From Paraphysomonas bandaiensis (taxonomy: Eukaryota > Protista > Chrysophyceae), in the NCBI GenBank assembly GCA_965644295.1, contig CBFFRP010000400.1, positions 124,001-188,000 of the forward strand: DNA of 64,000 bases, given 5' to 3'. Made by a program: the position numbers and the translations under genes. Shown here piece by piece: positions 38,764-50,356 of this stretch (its first letter is position 1; every line of letters begins with the position of its first letter). The notes beneath the pieces were generated by a model. It did not search any database, was not told where the DNA came from, and saw only the letters and a list, made by a program, of their open reading frames with translations.

Positions 38764-38903
38764 TCAGCATCATATTTTTTCGGAAATAAATTGTAGCAAA
38801 AATTGTCTATATGTCTATATATATTCAACTACGGCTTGAATACAGATAATTGTTGTCTCAATATTAGAGGCATCTCTGAACAAAAATATTCAAAGGATGC
38901 TGA
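38764..38903 (-). mobile_element. ~140-bp MITE-like repeat, copy 2 (inverted)
   Basis: Reverse complement of copy 1, with 8-bp terminal inverted repeats TCAGCATC/GATGCTGA. Confidence 0.7.
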
Positions 38904-39130
38904 TTCAACAACGAAGTAGCTGTGAGCCACATACACACTCTGTGTATATAGTACATACATCCAGATTGTATACATAATCTACAGACTATGTCTGTGTGCA
39001 TGTATGTATATGTATGTATATGTACATGTATGCATAGTGCATATCTGCCACAGATACACACACATACATATACATATACATACATACCCTCCTTATTATT
39101 TAAATAACCCAACAAACTTCTCCCTATAGA

Positions 39131-41488
39131 ATGAGTGAACCTACCAAACCCACTACAGAGGCACCAGCCGACTCTACTGAATCTAAGGTACATACACTCT
39201 ATACATAGTTAATTATATCTACTAATACACACACACACATACAGGCAAATGAAGCAGTTGAAACAACTGCTACAGCTACAGCTGTATCTACTCGAGATCA
39301 GGTGAGGATCTTTCATATAAAACAGTATGGAATAGTCATTGATTTTATATGTCAGTATATACAATTAATGCAACAGAAATTAAAAGCAAGATCAGAGGAC
39401 CCTCATGTGGATCATCAGTTCTGGAATACTCAGGTTTATAATGACTGCTATGAGTGATATGACTGCTATGAGTGATATGAGTGTGATGACTGAGTATGAC
39501 TGTTAAGACTGTCATTGTATTGTGTATGTTAAAATTGTCATGACTGGTGAGTATGAATAATGAGTTTGTATTAGCCCGTCCCTAAACTTGGTGAGACTGC
39601 TGAGGGAAATGGTCCCATTGATGAATTCAAGACTCCGGCAGATGTCAAGCAGGTGAGAGCTGCTTTAAATATGTTGGCGCTGCTCTTTTGCTTATTGTCC
39701 TGAATACCTGTGAATTCGCCTTAGTATATTCGATAGAATATATAACTATCTACTTTGTCATTGTTAGTATGTTTGAGCTAACTTTTATATAGGAACCATA
39801 CGGAATGCCAAAAGGGTTCGAGTGGGTTTCGATGGATGTTACTGATCCATCTCAGCTGCAAGAAATTTACACCCTTCTCACCGAGAACTACGTAGAAGAT
39901 GACGACAATATGTTTCGGTACGTGAGTTTTCTCGCGACATTATCTGTCATGAAATGGTATTGATGACTATTCTCGTTTCCCACGAATACATCTGTGGTAC
40001 TTTAGATGTGTTTCTATGCGGTGAATTTCAGCCCCTAATCCTTGGATTCATAGATTTGACTACTCTGTCGAGTTTCTGCAATGGGCACTGATGCCCCCCG
40101 GGTATCTCGTAGATTGGCACGTTGGTGTGCGCACGACCAACAACAACAAGCTAGTGGGGTTTATCACTGCCATCCCCGCTGACATATCGGTACACGACAC
40201 TGTTCAGCCAATGGTGGAGATCAATTTCTTATGCGTGCATAAGAAGATAAGGTATCAACGTCTTATACATAAAATAAAGTTACCTTATACCACTTAAGAT
40301 CGAAGCGGCTGGCCCCAGTTCTCATCAAGGAGATCACACGCAGAGTTAATGTCCAGGACAGATGGCAGGCAGTATATACCGCGGGTGTGGTTATTCCGAA
40401 GCCCGTTTCTCGGTGCAGGTACTGGCACAGGTCCCTGAACCCAAAAAAGCTATACGAGGTATGCATTCGCACCTTGTGTCTGTAGCCCAATATTATAGGG
40501 GGTGTAATACCACAGGTGCGATTTTCTCGTCTTGGAGATCGTATGACTCTAGCAATGGCCATCAAGCTGTACAAGGTAAAGGAGAGGCCTGTGCATGCTT
40601 TGGAACCAATGGAGGCACGGGACGTGCCATCTGTTTGCGCACTTCTAACCAATTACCTCCAGAAGTAAGTATCGTTGTACGATTCGAAAACACCATGTAC
40701 AGAACATATATAATGCTCACATTCCGTTGGCCTGTACCGAATCAGTTGGCTAAGAGTTGCCCTGTTTCACATGCCAACGGTATATTATAACTCTGCTGAG
40801 TGAACGTGTGGCGAACAACTCGCCGTACTGATGGTTGCGTTACGGGCTACAGTTGCACAAACATTATAATATGCATTATCCGAACATATTAAGCATCATG
40901 TTCTGTAATATTGTACGGCTGTGATATATATTGCCTGTGCTATGTAGTAGTGGGTAATACCTTGTATTTTTATATGGTAGGACCAAGCTTCACCCTGTGC
41001 TCAATGAGGATGATGTTGCTCACTGGATGCTGCCAAGAGAAGGTGTTGTGAACTCGTATGTCATAAGGGTAAGTACGTGTGTCGAATCTATCCTCGCTGA
41101 TAATTTATTGTCATCATTTCGACGTTTTGATTGTGGTAATCATTATTTTCGTGTGATATAGGGCGAGGATGGCGCTGCGACGGATGTTTGTTCCTTTTAT
41201 CACTTGCCTTCTACCATTATCGGGCACCCCAAGCACAATAAGCTGAATGCTGCCTACTCCTACTACAACGTCGCCAATACGATCTCTCTCCATGACTTAT
41301 TCAAAGATATGCTTTCTCTCGCGAAGGCCAAGGATGTGGATGTATTTAACTGTCTTGACCTGATGGACAATGCGACGATGTTCAGTGACCTCAAATTTGG
41401 TCAGGGTGATGGCAATCTCCAGTACTACCTATACAACTGGAAATGCCCTGAGATAACGCCATCTGAGACTGGTTTGGTTCTGCTATAA
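39131..41488 (+). CDS. NMT: Glycylpeptide N-myristoyltransferase, multi-exon
   Basis: [67 protein letters not shown] and terminal GLVLL, across GT-AG introns. Confidence 0.95.
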
Positions 41489-41796
41489 CCACTACATCTT
41501 AGGCCGGTTTGGTTCTGCTTTGAGAGCAGATGTGGCGCATATCGCGAAATATTAGTATTTAAAGCCTTACTCAGGAGGAGGTAGTGTTGTGTACTCTGCT
41601 AGTGCGGTAGTCGTCCATATTAGATAATGGTGAAATAATAAGTTACAACAATGCCCTCATAAGGCTACTATTAATTTTCTACTGGAGATGGTTAATTCAG
41701 TTCAGTTGTAGTACAGTAGAATATCCTTTATTTGTAATATTGCGCCCAACTCAATATTGGTGAGGCCACTGGATCTGACGCCACCTTTGTGATATC

Positions 41797-44700
41797 TATT
41801 AGGAGTCATTGAATCACGTATATCTCTTAACGCGTGAATACAACACACATATACAATGAAATACCAAATAGACTGAATAATTACCAAACTATACATGATA
41901 CGCGACTGTACAAGATACGCACATGTGTGTGGTGCTAACGCTCTGCTCAAACGTGTCTTGCTATTATACTATTAGGCCTTATCGTTCCATCTTTATCTCT
42001 AATAATATCAAGTATATTCTTACTAAATATTAAGACTAACCTTAAATCTTATTTTGGCAGCGGATGAGTTCTAAGACTAACAGTTACGATAACTCCGACT
42101 CCGACTCATCGGACAAGAGGAAGGATTCCATGCCACCCTTCGACGCCAAGAACTTCTCAAAATGGCAGAAGAAAAGTAGAGCCTGGTTCTTTCGTAAGCC
42201 TAAGATAGTATACATCCTAAGAAACGATGCGCCAGAGGAGCCTATACGTCAAGAGGAAGAAACAGAAGAGGACTACCTATACAGGAAAAACGCCTACGAC
42301 GAAAATATGCAGTATTTCGAGGAGGGCAACAATTACCTATGGTCACTTCTATCCAGCGCGGTGATTGGCCAAAACGAGGAAGCAGAGGGTATTATCGAAA
42401 CAGTCCCTGAAGGAGATGGAAAAAGGGCATGGTCAGAGATCGAAAAGCATTTCAAAGACAAGACCTCAAATGATACGATAACCGACCTCATTGGCCAACT
42501 GCAATCAATCAAAATCAAGCAAGCTCAAACAATCAATCAATTCCTGGACGAAGTCGAAAAATTGCGATTAAAGCTCGCTACACATGGCCACAAAGTCTCT
42601 GAACAAGACCTTATTTCAAGAATACGACAAGGGATGGTCTCAAATGAGAACCAGACCTATAAGGACCTGGCAATCAACCTCCAAATGAACCCAATTGATG
42701 ATTATAAAACGCTGATAAGAAGATTGAGAGCATTCGAGCATTCCACTGTAGGCTCCCTACTATCACAAAATACGGAAACCAAACGGGACAGCGCAAACTA
42801 CAGCTCAACAGGCAAACAGCCGTTTAACCCCCGTCTACCGAAGAAGCAGAAGCACAACAACGGGCAGCGAAAACAGAAGAAATTCAACAAGCCCAGCAAA
42901 GTCACAAGAGCCTCGCGCGAAGTTAAGTGCTTCAGATGCAATGGATCCAACCACATTGCAGCAGAGTGCAAGCACTCGTGGGAACACATACAACAGATGC
43001 AGAAGTCCACAAACAAACGAAACGACGACAAAAGAGGGAAAGGGCATCATTCCAAGAACACATCATCAAAATACCCAAGAAACAGTCATCGGGATTCGAA
43101 CTTAAGACTGGAAGACTATGACGATGAGGGGCCAAACGATGACAATGACTACAGTGCATTCTCTGGGATGATCACAGACAACCACGTCCTACATACGGAA
43201 CACGAGAAGCAGGAATTTGGCATTCTAGACTCTGGCTGCACAATATCAATTACAGCAGCACGAAGCTTACTCTCCGAATTCACTTACGATCAAACCACAA
43301 TTTACACCGCCAAATCAGGATCAGAAATGCAGGCATTGGGATACGGCAAGCTTGGACTGATTAGCAAGTGCAGGCTAGTTCCAGACGCGTCAAAGACTTT
43401 AATTTCCATCAGCCAGTTGACAACAGACGCCAACTGCAATATTATATTCGGACCAAACGAGGCACGCGTATACCACGATGGAATTTTGTTGACCACAGCC
43501 AGGAAACAAAACGGTCTATACGAGATCAAATTATCCGATTTAGGTTACATCCAAGACCAGTGCAACTTGGCATCTACATCAAGCGGTTCCTCGATCTCCC
43601 TGGCACATCGAAGGTTGACCCACGCATCCATTGGCTTAATTCAAAAAGCACTAAAGTTGAATCTTGTGAAAGGAATCACTATTTCAAAATCCGACCTGAG
43701 CTCGCCACAGCTACCAGAAGGTCTTTGTGATGGCTGCGCACAAGGCAAGGCTCACAGGAGGAAACATAGGCGCGAGACAAGGCAAATGATACCGACAAAA
43801 ACCAGAAGATCGCAGGAGCTTGGAGGACTTATAGCAGTTGATTTTACTGGACCATTTTCACCTCCAGCAATAGTCACAGGAAACACCGTAGTCTTTGGAG
43901 CTACCGATGCAGCTTCAAGATACAGTTGGACATTCTATGGAAAACACAGAACCGAGGATTTTGTCATTGAGTGCATTCAGAAAATTGTGGATTATCTGCA
44001 TTCGAAAGGCAAACGGCTAATACACTATCATGCTGATGGTGGCCGTGAGCTAGTATCACATCGTGTACTGAACTTGCTGAGAAAATTAGGATCAACCTGG
44101 ACCTTCAACGCTCCGTACACGCCAGAAGACAACCCCATACAAGAACGACCATGGCGCACGACCAAGGAAAGAACGCTTGCATCCATTTGCAACTCGGGCC
44201 TACCACCCAACTTCTGGGAACAGGCTATGTCCACCGTCACGCATATGAAAAATCGCCTGCCATGCGCCACTGCAAAGGGATTCATATCACCGTATCAGTT
44301 CATCCACGACGAGGCCCCCGATTTATCTTACGCCAGGATTTGGGGCTGCAAATGCCATACATTCATAGACAAGTCTCAGAGAAGAAACGATTGGTCTCCA
44401 CATAGCCATATTGGGTACTTCATGGGATACCGAGAAGATGGACCAGGGTACGTCATATATGTACCTTCACTCAAGGACTTCGTAATCTCAAGTCACGTCT
44501 TTTTCAATGAGTGCATCCCCGACGTCAAGGAAAACTACTACGCTGAAATCGAATCATCACTGAGAGAAGAAAATTCAGAGAATCGAACAACCGAGAGCTT
44601 CCAATACCTCGTTGGAATGACCCACACAGATCCACAGGATGGCCTCCAATACATCACGACAAGAATCACAGTCATCAAAGGCCACGTGGCTGCTTACAGA

Positions 44701-47422
44701 GGATTGGCCCCACGAGAAAATGAAGGGCGAGTCATCGAGTTAAATGACCCAATACACGCTGCGGACATCGAAAGATACACCGCCGAGCACTTCAGTTATC
44801 AGAACGCGGTATCACCCCCGCAAGAGGAACCAGGATGCCCCGTGGAAGGAACAGCTCCAGGGAGGAGCAGTTCAACCGATAGCCGTCATGACGCCACACG
44901 GGGCGGGAGTCACAGCCATTTGAGAGGACCCTACTCAAATGAAAAGGAGGCAAGGCCTCGCCGCACAGCAGAAGCTCAGCGGAATACAGTGCCGAAGGAG
45001 GCACGGGGTGACAACAAGCGTGATCACCCTGCTCGTAAGGTCAAACGAGCTATCAAGACTGTGAATTCCCAGGGTGACAGGAGCCGGCAAAGCCCGGGTG
45101 GCACAATTACGGGTGTAAGGACACCCCACCGACACAAGGTGAGCCGTTGCGTAAAGAAAAGTCTCCACAGCAAGAGGCAGACCAGGAAAAGGGTAATCAT
45201 GAATGTACACAAATTCGGTGATAATATATACCACTGTGATGTTGATAAAAGATATTTGTACAACCACAAAACACCTGATAAACATGATAGTTACAGAACA
45301 TTATACATGAATGATGTTGACATCATTATGCATGCAAATGACACATGTAGCAATGATGTACCTAACACACCTAACAATGTTGGCGAGGCACTATCAGGCA
45401 GGTACAAGGAACAATGGCTGAAAGCCATCAACAAAGAAATCAAGTCTCTAGAGAGCAAAGGCTGTTGGAGGATAACGACACCACCAGCAAATTCCAACAT
45501 TATAAGGGGAAAATTCGTGTTTAGGGTAAAGGTCAAGCGAGATGAGGTTACCTTCAAGGCGAGGTTAGTGGCTCAAGGTTTCTCCCAGGTCGAGGGTAAA
45601 GACTACAACGAAACCTACAGCCCAGTCGCAAAGGCCACATCAATGAGAACAGTCATAGCACTAGCAACTATACTTGGGTTGGAGCTTCACCAGGTAGATT
45701 TCTCTACTGCTTACATCAATGCAGACCTCCAAGAGGAAATTTACATGTATCCACCCGCTGGTCTCAATGTTCCAAACGGTAAAGTCCTCAGACTTCTAAA
45801 GAGTATATACGGACTCAAACAGTCCGGGTTAAATTGGTATAAATGTTGTACTAATTATTTGTTAGACTGTGGTTTTACCAGATTAGTGTCCGACCCGTGC
45901 ATATTCACGAAATCAATCAATGGTCGACCCATAATTCTGGCAGTTTACGTCGATGACATCATTATCGCCGGTAAAAGTAGGACTGACATCATCCAAATCA
46001 AGAATTCGTTAGCTGAAAAATTCGACATTCATGATCTCGGCCTCCTAGATTACTACCTCGGCATATTCGTCAAACAGGATATACAGAATCGAACTACGAC
46101 ACTAAATCAATCTCAATACATACGGAACCTACTCCACAGATTCAACATGGAAGATTGCAAGCCACGTAGTCACCCCATGACAACAAATTTTCATATAGAC
46201 ATTCTCGAAAAGAAACAACTATCTCAAGAAAATCAAGAATTTGTCCAAAATTTTCCTTACAAGGAGCTCATAGGTTCACTTATGTATATTGCTGTGTGCA
46301 CTAGACCTGATATTGCATATGCTGTAAACACCCTTGCTCGTTTCAGTACTAATCCAAATCTAACTACATGCAAAGCCGCATTAAACATACTTAGGTACCT
46401 CAAAGGCACTATCGATCAAGGTCTACAGTACTCCGGGAAGTCTGTTACTTTAACTGGATTCGCTGACAGTGATTGGGCACGCTGTAACTTAACTCGCAGG
46501 TCGACCACAGCGTTTTGCTTCTTTATTGGAAATTGTCTCATTTCCTGGCAATCACGACTCCAGACCACTGTAGCTCTATCCTCTACAGAAGCGGAGTACA
46601 TGGCACTATCAACAGCATGTCAAGAAGCTATTTGGCTACGGTCACTACTCTCGGAATTGGGCTTCCACATGCCATACTCAACAACCATATGGTGTGACAA
46701 CAAAGGTGCAATTCAACTATGCCTAAACCCCGTACACCACCGACGAACAAAACATATTGCCATCAGATATCACTTCATAAGAGAACAAGTCGCATCGCAC
46801 TCTATTATTGTTGATTACATGCCTACAAACGAGATGCTGGCCGACATTCTAACTAAACCCCTCACATCAAACACGTTCCACAGATTGCGGGATTCACTAA
46901 TGGGGGGGAGGTATCAACATACCTGCTAGCAATAAAAGAACAAAAGTATCTATCCCACCGGCAGAGAACTCAACCAAGAGACCACGATGGATGACTTAGA
47001 GATCTACGGAGTTTCCCACGAGTATGCTGTATGTTGACATCAGTGTAATCCACAATCTGTGATTGCACTCGTGGGTTTTACCCTCAGTAGAACTATCTCC
47101 AAATATATACACCTATATCCATATATCTATGTATACGCCATATGATTATTTCATTGAGGGGGAGTATTAGGAGTCATTGAATCACGTATATCTCTTAACG
47201 CGTGAATACAACACACATATACAATGAAATACCAAATAGACTGAATAATTACCAAACTATACATGATACGCGACTGTACAAGATACGCACATGTGTGTGG
47301 TGCTAACGCTCTGCTCAAACGTGTCTTGCTATTATACTATTAGGCCTTATCGTTCCATCTTTATCTCTAATAATATCAAGTATATTCTTACTAAATATTA
47401 AGACTAACCTTAAATCTTATTT
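41797..47422 (+). mobile_element. Intact, young Ty1/copia LTR retrotransposon
   Basis: 258-bp LTRs (41797-42054, 47165-47422) identical by eye; TSD ATATC (41792-41796, 47423-47427); PBS-like TGGCAGCGG; PPT GAGGGGGAG; single ORF. Confidence 0.97.
42064..46929 (+). CDS. Copia gag-pol polyprotein (1621 aa)
   Basis: CFRCNGSNHIAAEC knuckle, LDSG protease, HRRLTH..CDGC and DDE integrase, YVDD RT, ADILTK RNase H, in PR-IN-RT-RH order. Confidence 0.97.
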   Translation: MSSKTNSYDNSDSDSSDKRKDSMPPFDAKNFSKWQKKSRAWFFRKPKIVYILRNDAPEEPIRQEEETEEDYLYRKNAYDENMQYFEEGNNYLWSLLSSAVIGQNEEAEGIIETVPEGDGKRAWSEIEKHFKDKTSNDTITDLIGQLQSIKIKQAQTINQFLDEVEKLRLKLATHGHKVSEQDLISRIRQGMVSNENQTYKDLAINLQMNPIDDYKTLIRRLRAFEHSTVGSLLSQNTETKRDSANYSSTGKQPFNPRLPKKQKHNNGQRKQKKFNKPSKVTRASREVKCFRCNGSNHIAAECKHSWEHIQQMQKSTNKRNDDKRGKGHHSKNTSSKYPRNSHRDSNLRLEDYDDEGPNDDNDYSAFSGMITDNHVLHTEHEKQEFGILDSGCTISITAARSLLSEFTYDQTTIYTAKSGSEMQALGYGKLGLISKCRLVPDASKTLISISQLTTDANCNIIFGPNEARVYHDGILLTTARKQNGLYEIKLSDLGYIQDQCNLASTSSGSSISLAHRRLTHASIGLIQKALKLNLVKGITISKSDLSSPQLPEGLCDGCAQGKAHRRKHRRETRQMIPTKTRRSQELGGLIAVDFTGPFSPPAIVTGNTVVFGATDAASRYSWTFYGKHRTEDFVIECIQKIVDYLHSKGKRLIHYHADGGRELVSHRVLNLLRKLGSTWTFNAPYTPEDNPIQERPWRTTKERTLASICNSGLPPNFWEQAMSTVTHMKNRLPCATAKGFISPYQFIHDEAPDLSYARIWGCKCHTFIDKSQRRNDWSPHSHIGYFMGYREDGPGYVIYVPSLKDFVISSHVFFNECIPDVKENYYAEIESSLREENSENRTTESFQYLVGMTHTDPQDGLQYITTRITVIKGHVAAYRGLAPRENEGRVIELNDPIHAADIERYTAEHFSYQNAVSPPQEEPGCPVEGTAPGRSSSTDSRHDATRGGSHSHLRGPYSNEKEARPRRTAEAQRNTVPKEARGDNKRDHPARKVKRAIKTVNSQGDRSRQSPGGTITGVRTPHRHKVSRCVKKSLHSKRQTRKRVIMNVHKFGDNIYHCDVDKRYLYNHKTPDKHDSYRTLYMNDVDIIMHANDTCSNDVPNTPNNVGEALSGRYKEQWLKAINKEIKSLESKGCWRITTPPANSNIIRGKFVFRVKVKRDEVTFKARLVAQGFSQVEGKDYNETYSPVAKATSMRTVIALATILGLELHQVDFSTAYINADLQEEIYMYPPAGLNVPNGKVLRLLKSIYGLKQSGLNWYKCCTNYLLDCGFTRLVSDPCIFTKSINGRPIILAVYVDDIIIAGKSRTDIIQIKNSLAEKFDIHDLGLLDYYLGIFVKQDIQNRTTTLNQSQYIRNLLHRFNMEDCKPRSHPMTTNFHIDILEKKQLSQENQEFVQNFPYKELIGSLMYIAVCTRPDIAYAVNTLARFSTNPNLTTCKAALNILRYLKGTIDQGLQYSGKSVTLTGFADSDWARCNLTRRSTTAFCFFIGNCLISWQSRLQTTVALSSTEAEYMALSTACQEAIWLRSLLSELGFHMPYSTTIWCDNKGAIQLCLNPVHHRRTKHIAIRYHFIREQVASHSIIVDYMPTNEMLADILTKPLTSNTFHRLRDSLMGGRYQHTC

Positions 47423-47699
47423 ATATCATCTACTACCAGGGCTGTGGAACAATTACTTGGTTTTCAATTGTCAATTATTAGTAACCGTTAATGGTAGTGG
47501 CATTAATGGCCATTGATGGTATTCCATTCAGCAGTGGCATGTACTGGAACTTGATATAATATATAGAACTAAGTGAATTCTAAACAATGTTCATGCAATT
47601 CTGCAGCTACTCTGTGGCAACTTTGTTCATTATCAGCTGCTTTGTTTTCTGAGCAAGCAAATCGGAATTCCTTATTGATGAAAGATATAAAGACGCTTA

Positions 47700-48110
47700 A
47701 GAATGCCAGTTTCTTCTATCCGACAGCAATCACGACAAACGTGAAGGACCTGAATTTGCACAGCGTGTTCTGGACAGCGCCGAGGTCACCAAGAGAGCTT
47801 GACTTGGCACCTATGAGTCCATCTACCGCTGCCCGCTGCTTGCTAATAAAAGCACAATCTAATGTTGTTGTTGTTGAGAGGATCTTTAGTCGTGCAAAGT
47901 TGATTCTGACACGTGAGCGTAGAAATATGCATCTAGAATCGTTGTTATTCCTACGAGCCAATTTCATATTGTGTGCTGCTTATGCCCTCCATGAATTCCT
48001 GCAAGCAGATCCAGGTGGGTCAGTGGAGAGCGAAAAGTAGTTGCATTTCGTAGTATGTTACGTAAAACTAAATTAGTAAAAGTAAGAGAGTACCACGCTA
48101 TCTATTATGA
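47700..48110 (+). pseudogene. hAT-like transposase C-terminal (dimerisation) remnant
   Basis: SNVVVVERIFSRAKLILTRERRNMHLESLLFLRAN; related to 59510-59870. Confidence 0.65.
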
Positions 48111-48741
48111 GCGGAATTACCTACTTTTAGGTAGCAATGGTAATTAATGGTTAAGTCGGTGTAATCTTGAAACCTGGTAAAGTGATTTCACCAGGTTTCA
48201 TATATATATATATGGAAAATAATAGTAGGACAGCTAATAATAGTCATTGCAATATTATAATTGATCAAAAAAATTGTAATTAATATGTCCAGAGCATTGT
48301 GGAGGCTCTCATCAGTGACAAGGAGAACGGAAAAATTTAGCTATTGCTTTTATCGATAACAATTCAGTGAACCTTATGTGCAAATAATTATTCTACCAGC
48401 AATCTAACAGGCATAAGATGTTTGGTGATGCAGCTACTTTCTTGGTTACCCGTTCTTCCTTGATCTGCTGGAGTTCTAAAGCAGCATCAACAGACAGGTA
48501 GCAATTAAAATGTAAAAATGCGGAAAAAGTGAGTTGACGCAGTAAATTGTATAATTGAAAGCTTTTGGTTGTATTGCACCGCCTTCCCTCATTTATCATT
48601 TCTAGTGAAGAGTTCGCTGAGTAAATTTTAAAGATCTGCCCGTTTACCCACAAACAGCGTTTTCTACAAGATAATTGAAAGTTTATTATCGTTCACACAC
48701 TGAATACAAAAGAATACAACCACACAATTCGCTAGCATACG

Positions 48742-49827
48742 TTAGCATATATTTCGTTTTTTACCTATGAAATATACACCAGTGAAGTTTCTACCATTTA
48801 CACTAAATGACCTCACATCTTTACCTCGCTTCTCATAAAGAGAATCAAACCCAGATAAAAAAGAATCAACTACACTCTCCCGAACACGTATCGGGTGTAG
48901 CAATGCGTCTAAGTCAAGTACATCAGGAGGAGTGTAATTATCCCACCACCTCTCATGAAAAATCAGTGTTCCACCAGGCTTTAAAGCGTTGTACGTATTG
49001 CGCAGTACTTTCACTGCGTTCTCCACATGCTCCAGAACATTCACAATCATCAAAGCGTCAAATGATTCGAACATTAAATCCAAATGTTCGGCTCCAGCGT
49101 TAATAATTGTTGCCCCGCCAGGAGCAATGTTATTCACTCGGCCCGTTCTATAGGGACAGCTCTTGACATGTGCCGCGTAGCTAAGTGCATTAGGGTCCAG
49201 CAGCACATACCGTGATACACTATAATTACGTTCTTGAAGCATACCTAATGACTGCGTCCATGGACCAGCACCAACTTCAATAAAAGATCCTAAATTACTG
49301 CCATCTGGAGCCACTGCTTTATAGCCATTAAAATCTACCTTGTGCTCTTCTACTCTATCACCGACAGACGAATCGACATCGATGGATGCAATATCCCACA
49401 AAGCAGCCTCTGCTTCACGAGCAAGATTCCAGCGACTAGGAGACACAGCCCATACACCATCAGACGTATAAAAACATTTATCGTTTTTATTAACATGATC
49501 AGATTGTGTGAAATCATTTGTTTTTATTGTACAAGATGGACCACTCCATCCAGGTAAACAAAAACATTTTCCTAATAAGTTTTCACCATTACCATTGCAA
49601 TGATTACTTATGCATTTATGTCCTCTTGTATGTCCCTTTTCAATCCTTATATTCGAATCTTTCCATCCATATATTGATATATGATGAAGTATAAATTCAG
49701 GTGAACAGATTGAATGATGAGATGTATGATCATATCGTTTTATTATACATTTATTTATAAAATTAGCTGTTGTATATGTAGTGAATATAGATATGAATAG
49801 AGTGTGTATGAATTGAATATATCGCAT
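48742..49827 (-). CDS. Secretory class I SAM-dependent methyltransferase with an EGF-like module
   Basis: Hydrophobic N-terminus; CNGNG..CFCLPGWSGPSC; FIEVGAGP, NVLEHV and LKPGG motifs. Confidence 0.85.
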   Translation of the reverse strand: MRYIQFIHTLFISIFTTYTTANFINKCIIKRYDHTSHHSICSPEFILHHISIYGWKDSNIRIEKGHTRGHKCISNHCNGNGENLLGKCFCLPGWSGPSCTIKTNDFTQSDHVNKNDKCFYTSDGVWAVSPSRWNLAREAEAALWDIASIDVDSSVGDRVEEHKVDFNGYKAVAPDGSNLGSFIEVGAGPWTQSLGMLQERNYSVSRYVLLDPNALSYAAHVKSCPYRTGRVNNIAPGGATIINAGAEHLDLMFESFDALMIVNVLEHVENAVKVLRNTYNALKPGGTLIFHERWWDNYTPPDVLDLDALLHPIRVRESVVDSFLSGFDSLYEKRGKDVRSFSVNGRNFTGVYFIGKKRNIC

Positions 49828-49970
49828 TAGATATGAGATCCAGTGATTACTATGGGCGAATGTAACGGTGTTACTATGGTAGGATAGAGAGATAATAAGA
49901 GGGATGGTATGGATAGAAGGAATAAGAAGGATGGATGATAGTGCTGAGATATGATAGAGTGCATGTGCGT

Positions 49971-50108
49971 ATCGGCATCATTTGTATATTTGTTGAAGGA
50001 TGCCTCTAATATTGAGACAATAATTATGTACATTCCATCCGTAGTTGTATTGCAGTTCTATAGAATATATTTGCCTCAATATATTTCCGAAAAATAAGAT
50101 ACTGACTG
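49971..50108 (+). mobile_element. ~140-bp MITE-like repeat, copy 3
   Basis: Same core as copies 1, 2 and 4. Confidence 0.7.
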
Positions 50109-50119
50109 CCCATACGTGC

Positions 50120-50207
50120 TACATACATACATACATACATATACACAAATACATATACATACATACATACATACATACATACATACATACATACATACAT
50201 ACATACA

Positions 50208-50239
<32 letters not shown>

Positions 50240-50325
50240 CATACATACATACATACATACATACATACATACATACATACATACATACATACATACATAC
50301 ATACATACATACATACATACATACA

Positions 50326-50355
<30 letters not shown>
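50120..50355. repeat. (TACA)n microsatellite, left flank of the inserted element
   Basis: Read directly. Confidence 0.99.

Positions 50356-50356
<1 letters not shown>

Noticed and set aside
42333-46697. Small overlapping or antisense ORFs in the copia element (and likewise in gypsy pol and host genes)
   Set aside because: These are shadow ORFs of long coding frames.
48168-48213. Hairpin TGAAACCTGGT..ACCAGGTTTCA followed by (TA)n, partly similar to ~22808-22821
   Set aside because: Too short to assign; it may be a transposon-end remnant, but this is unsupported.
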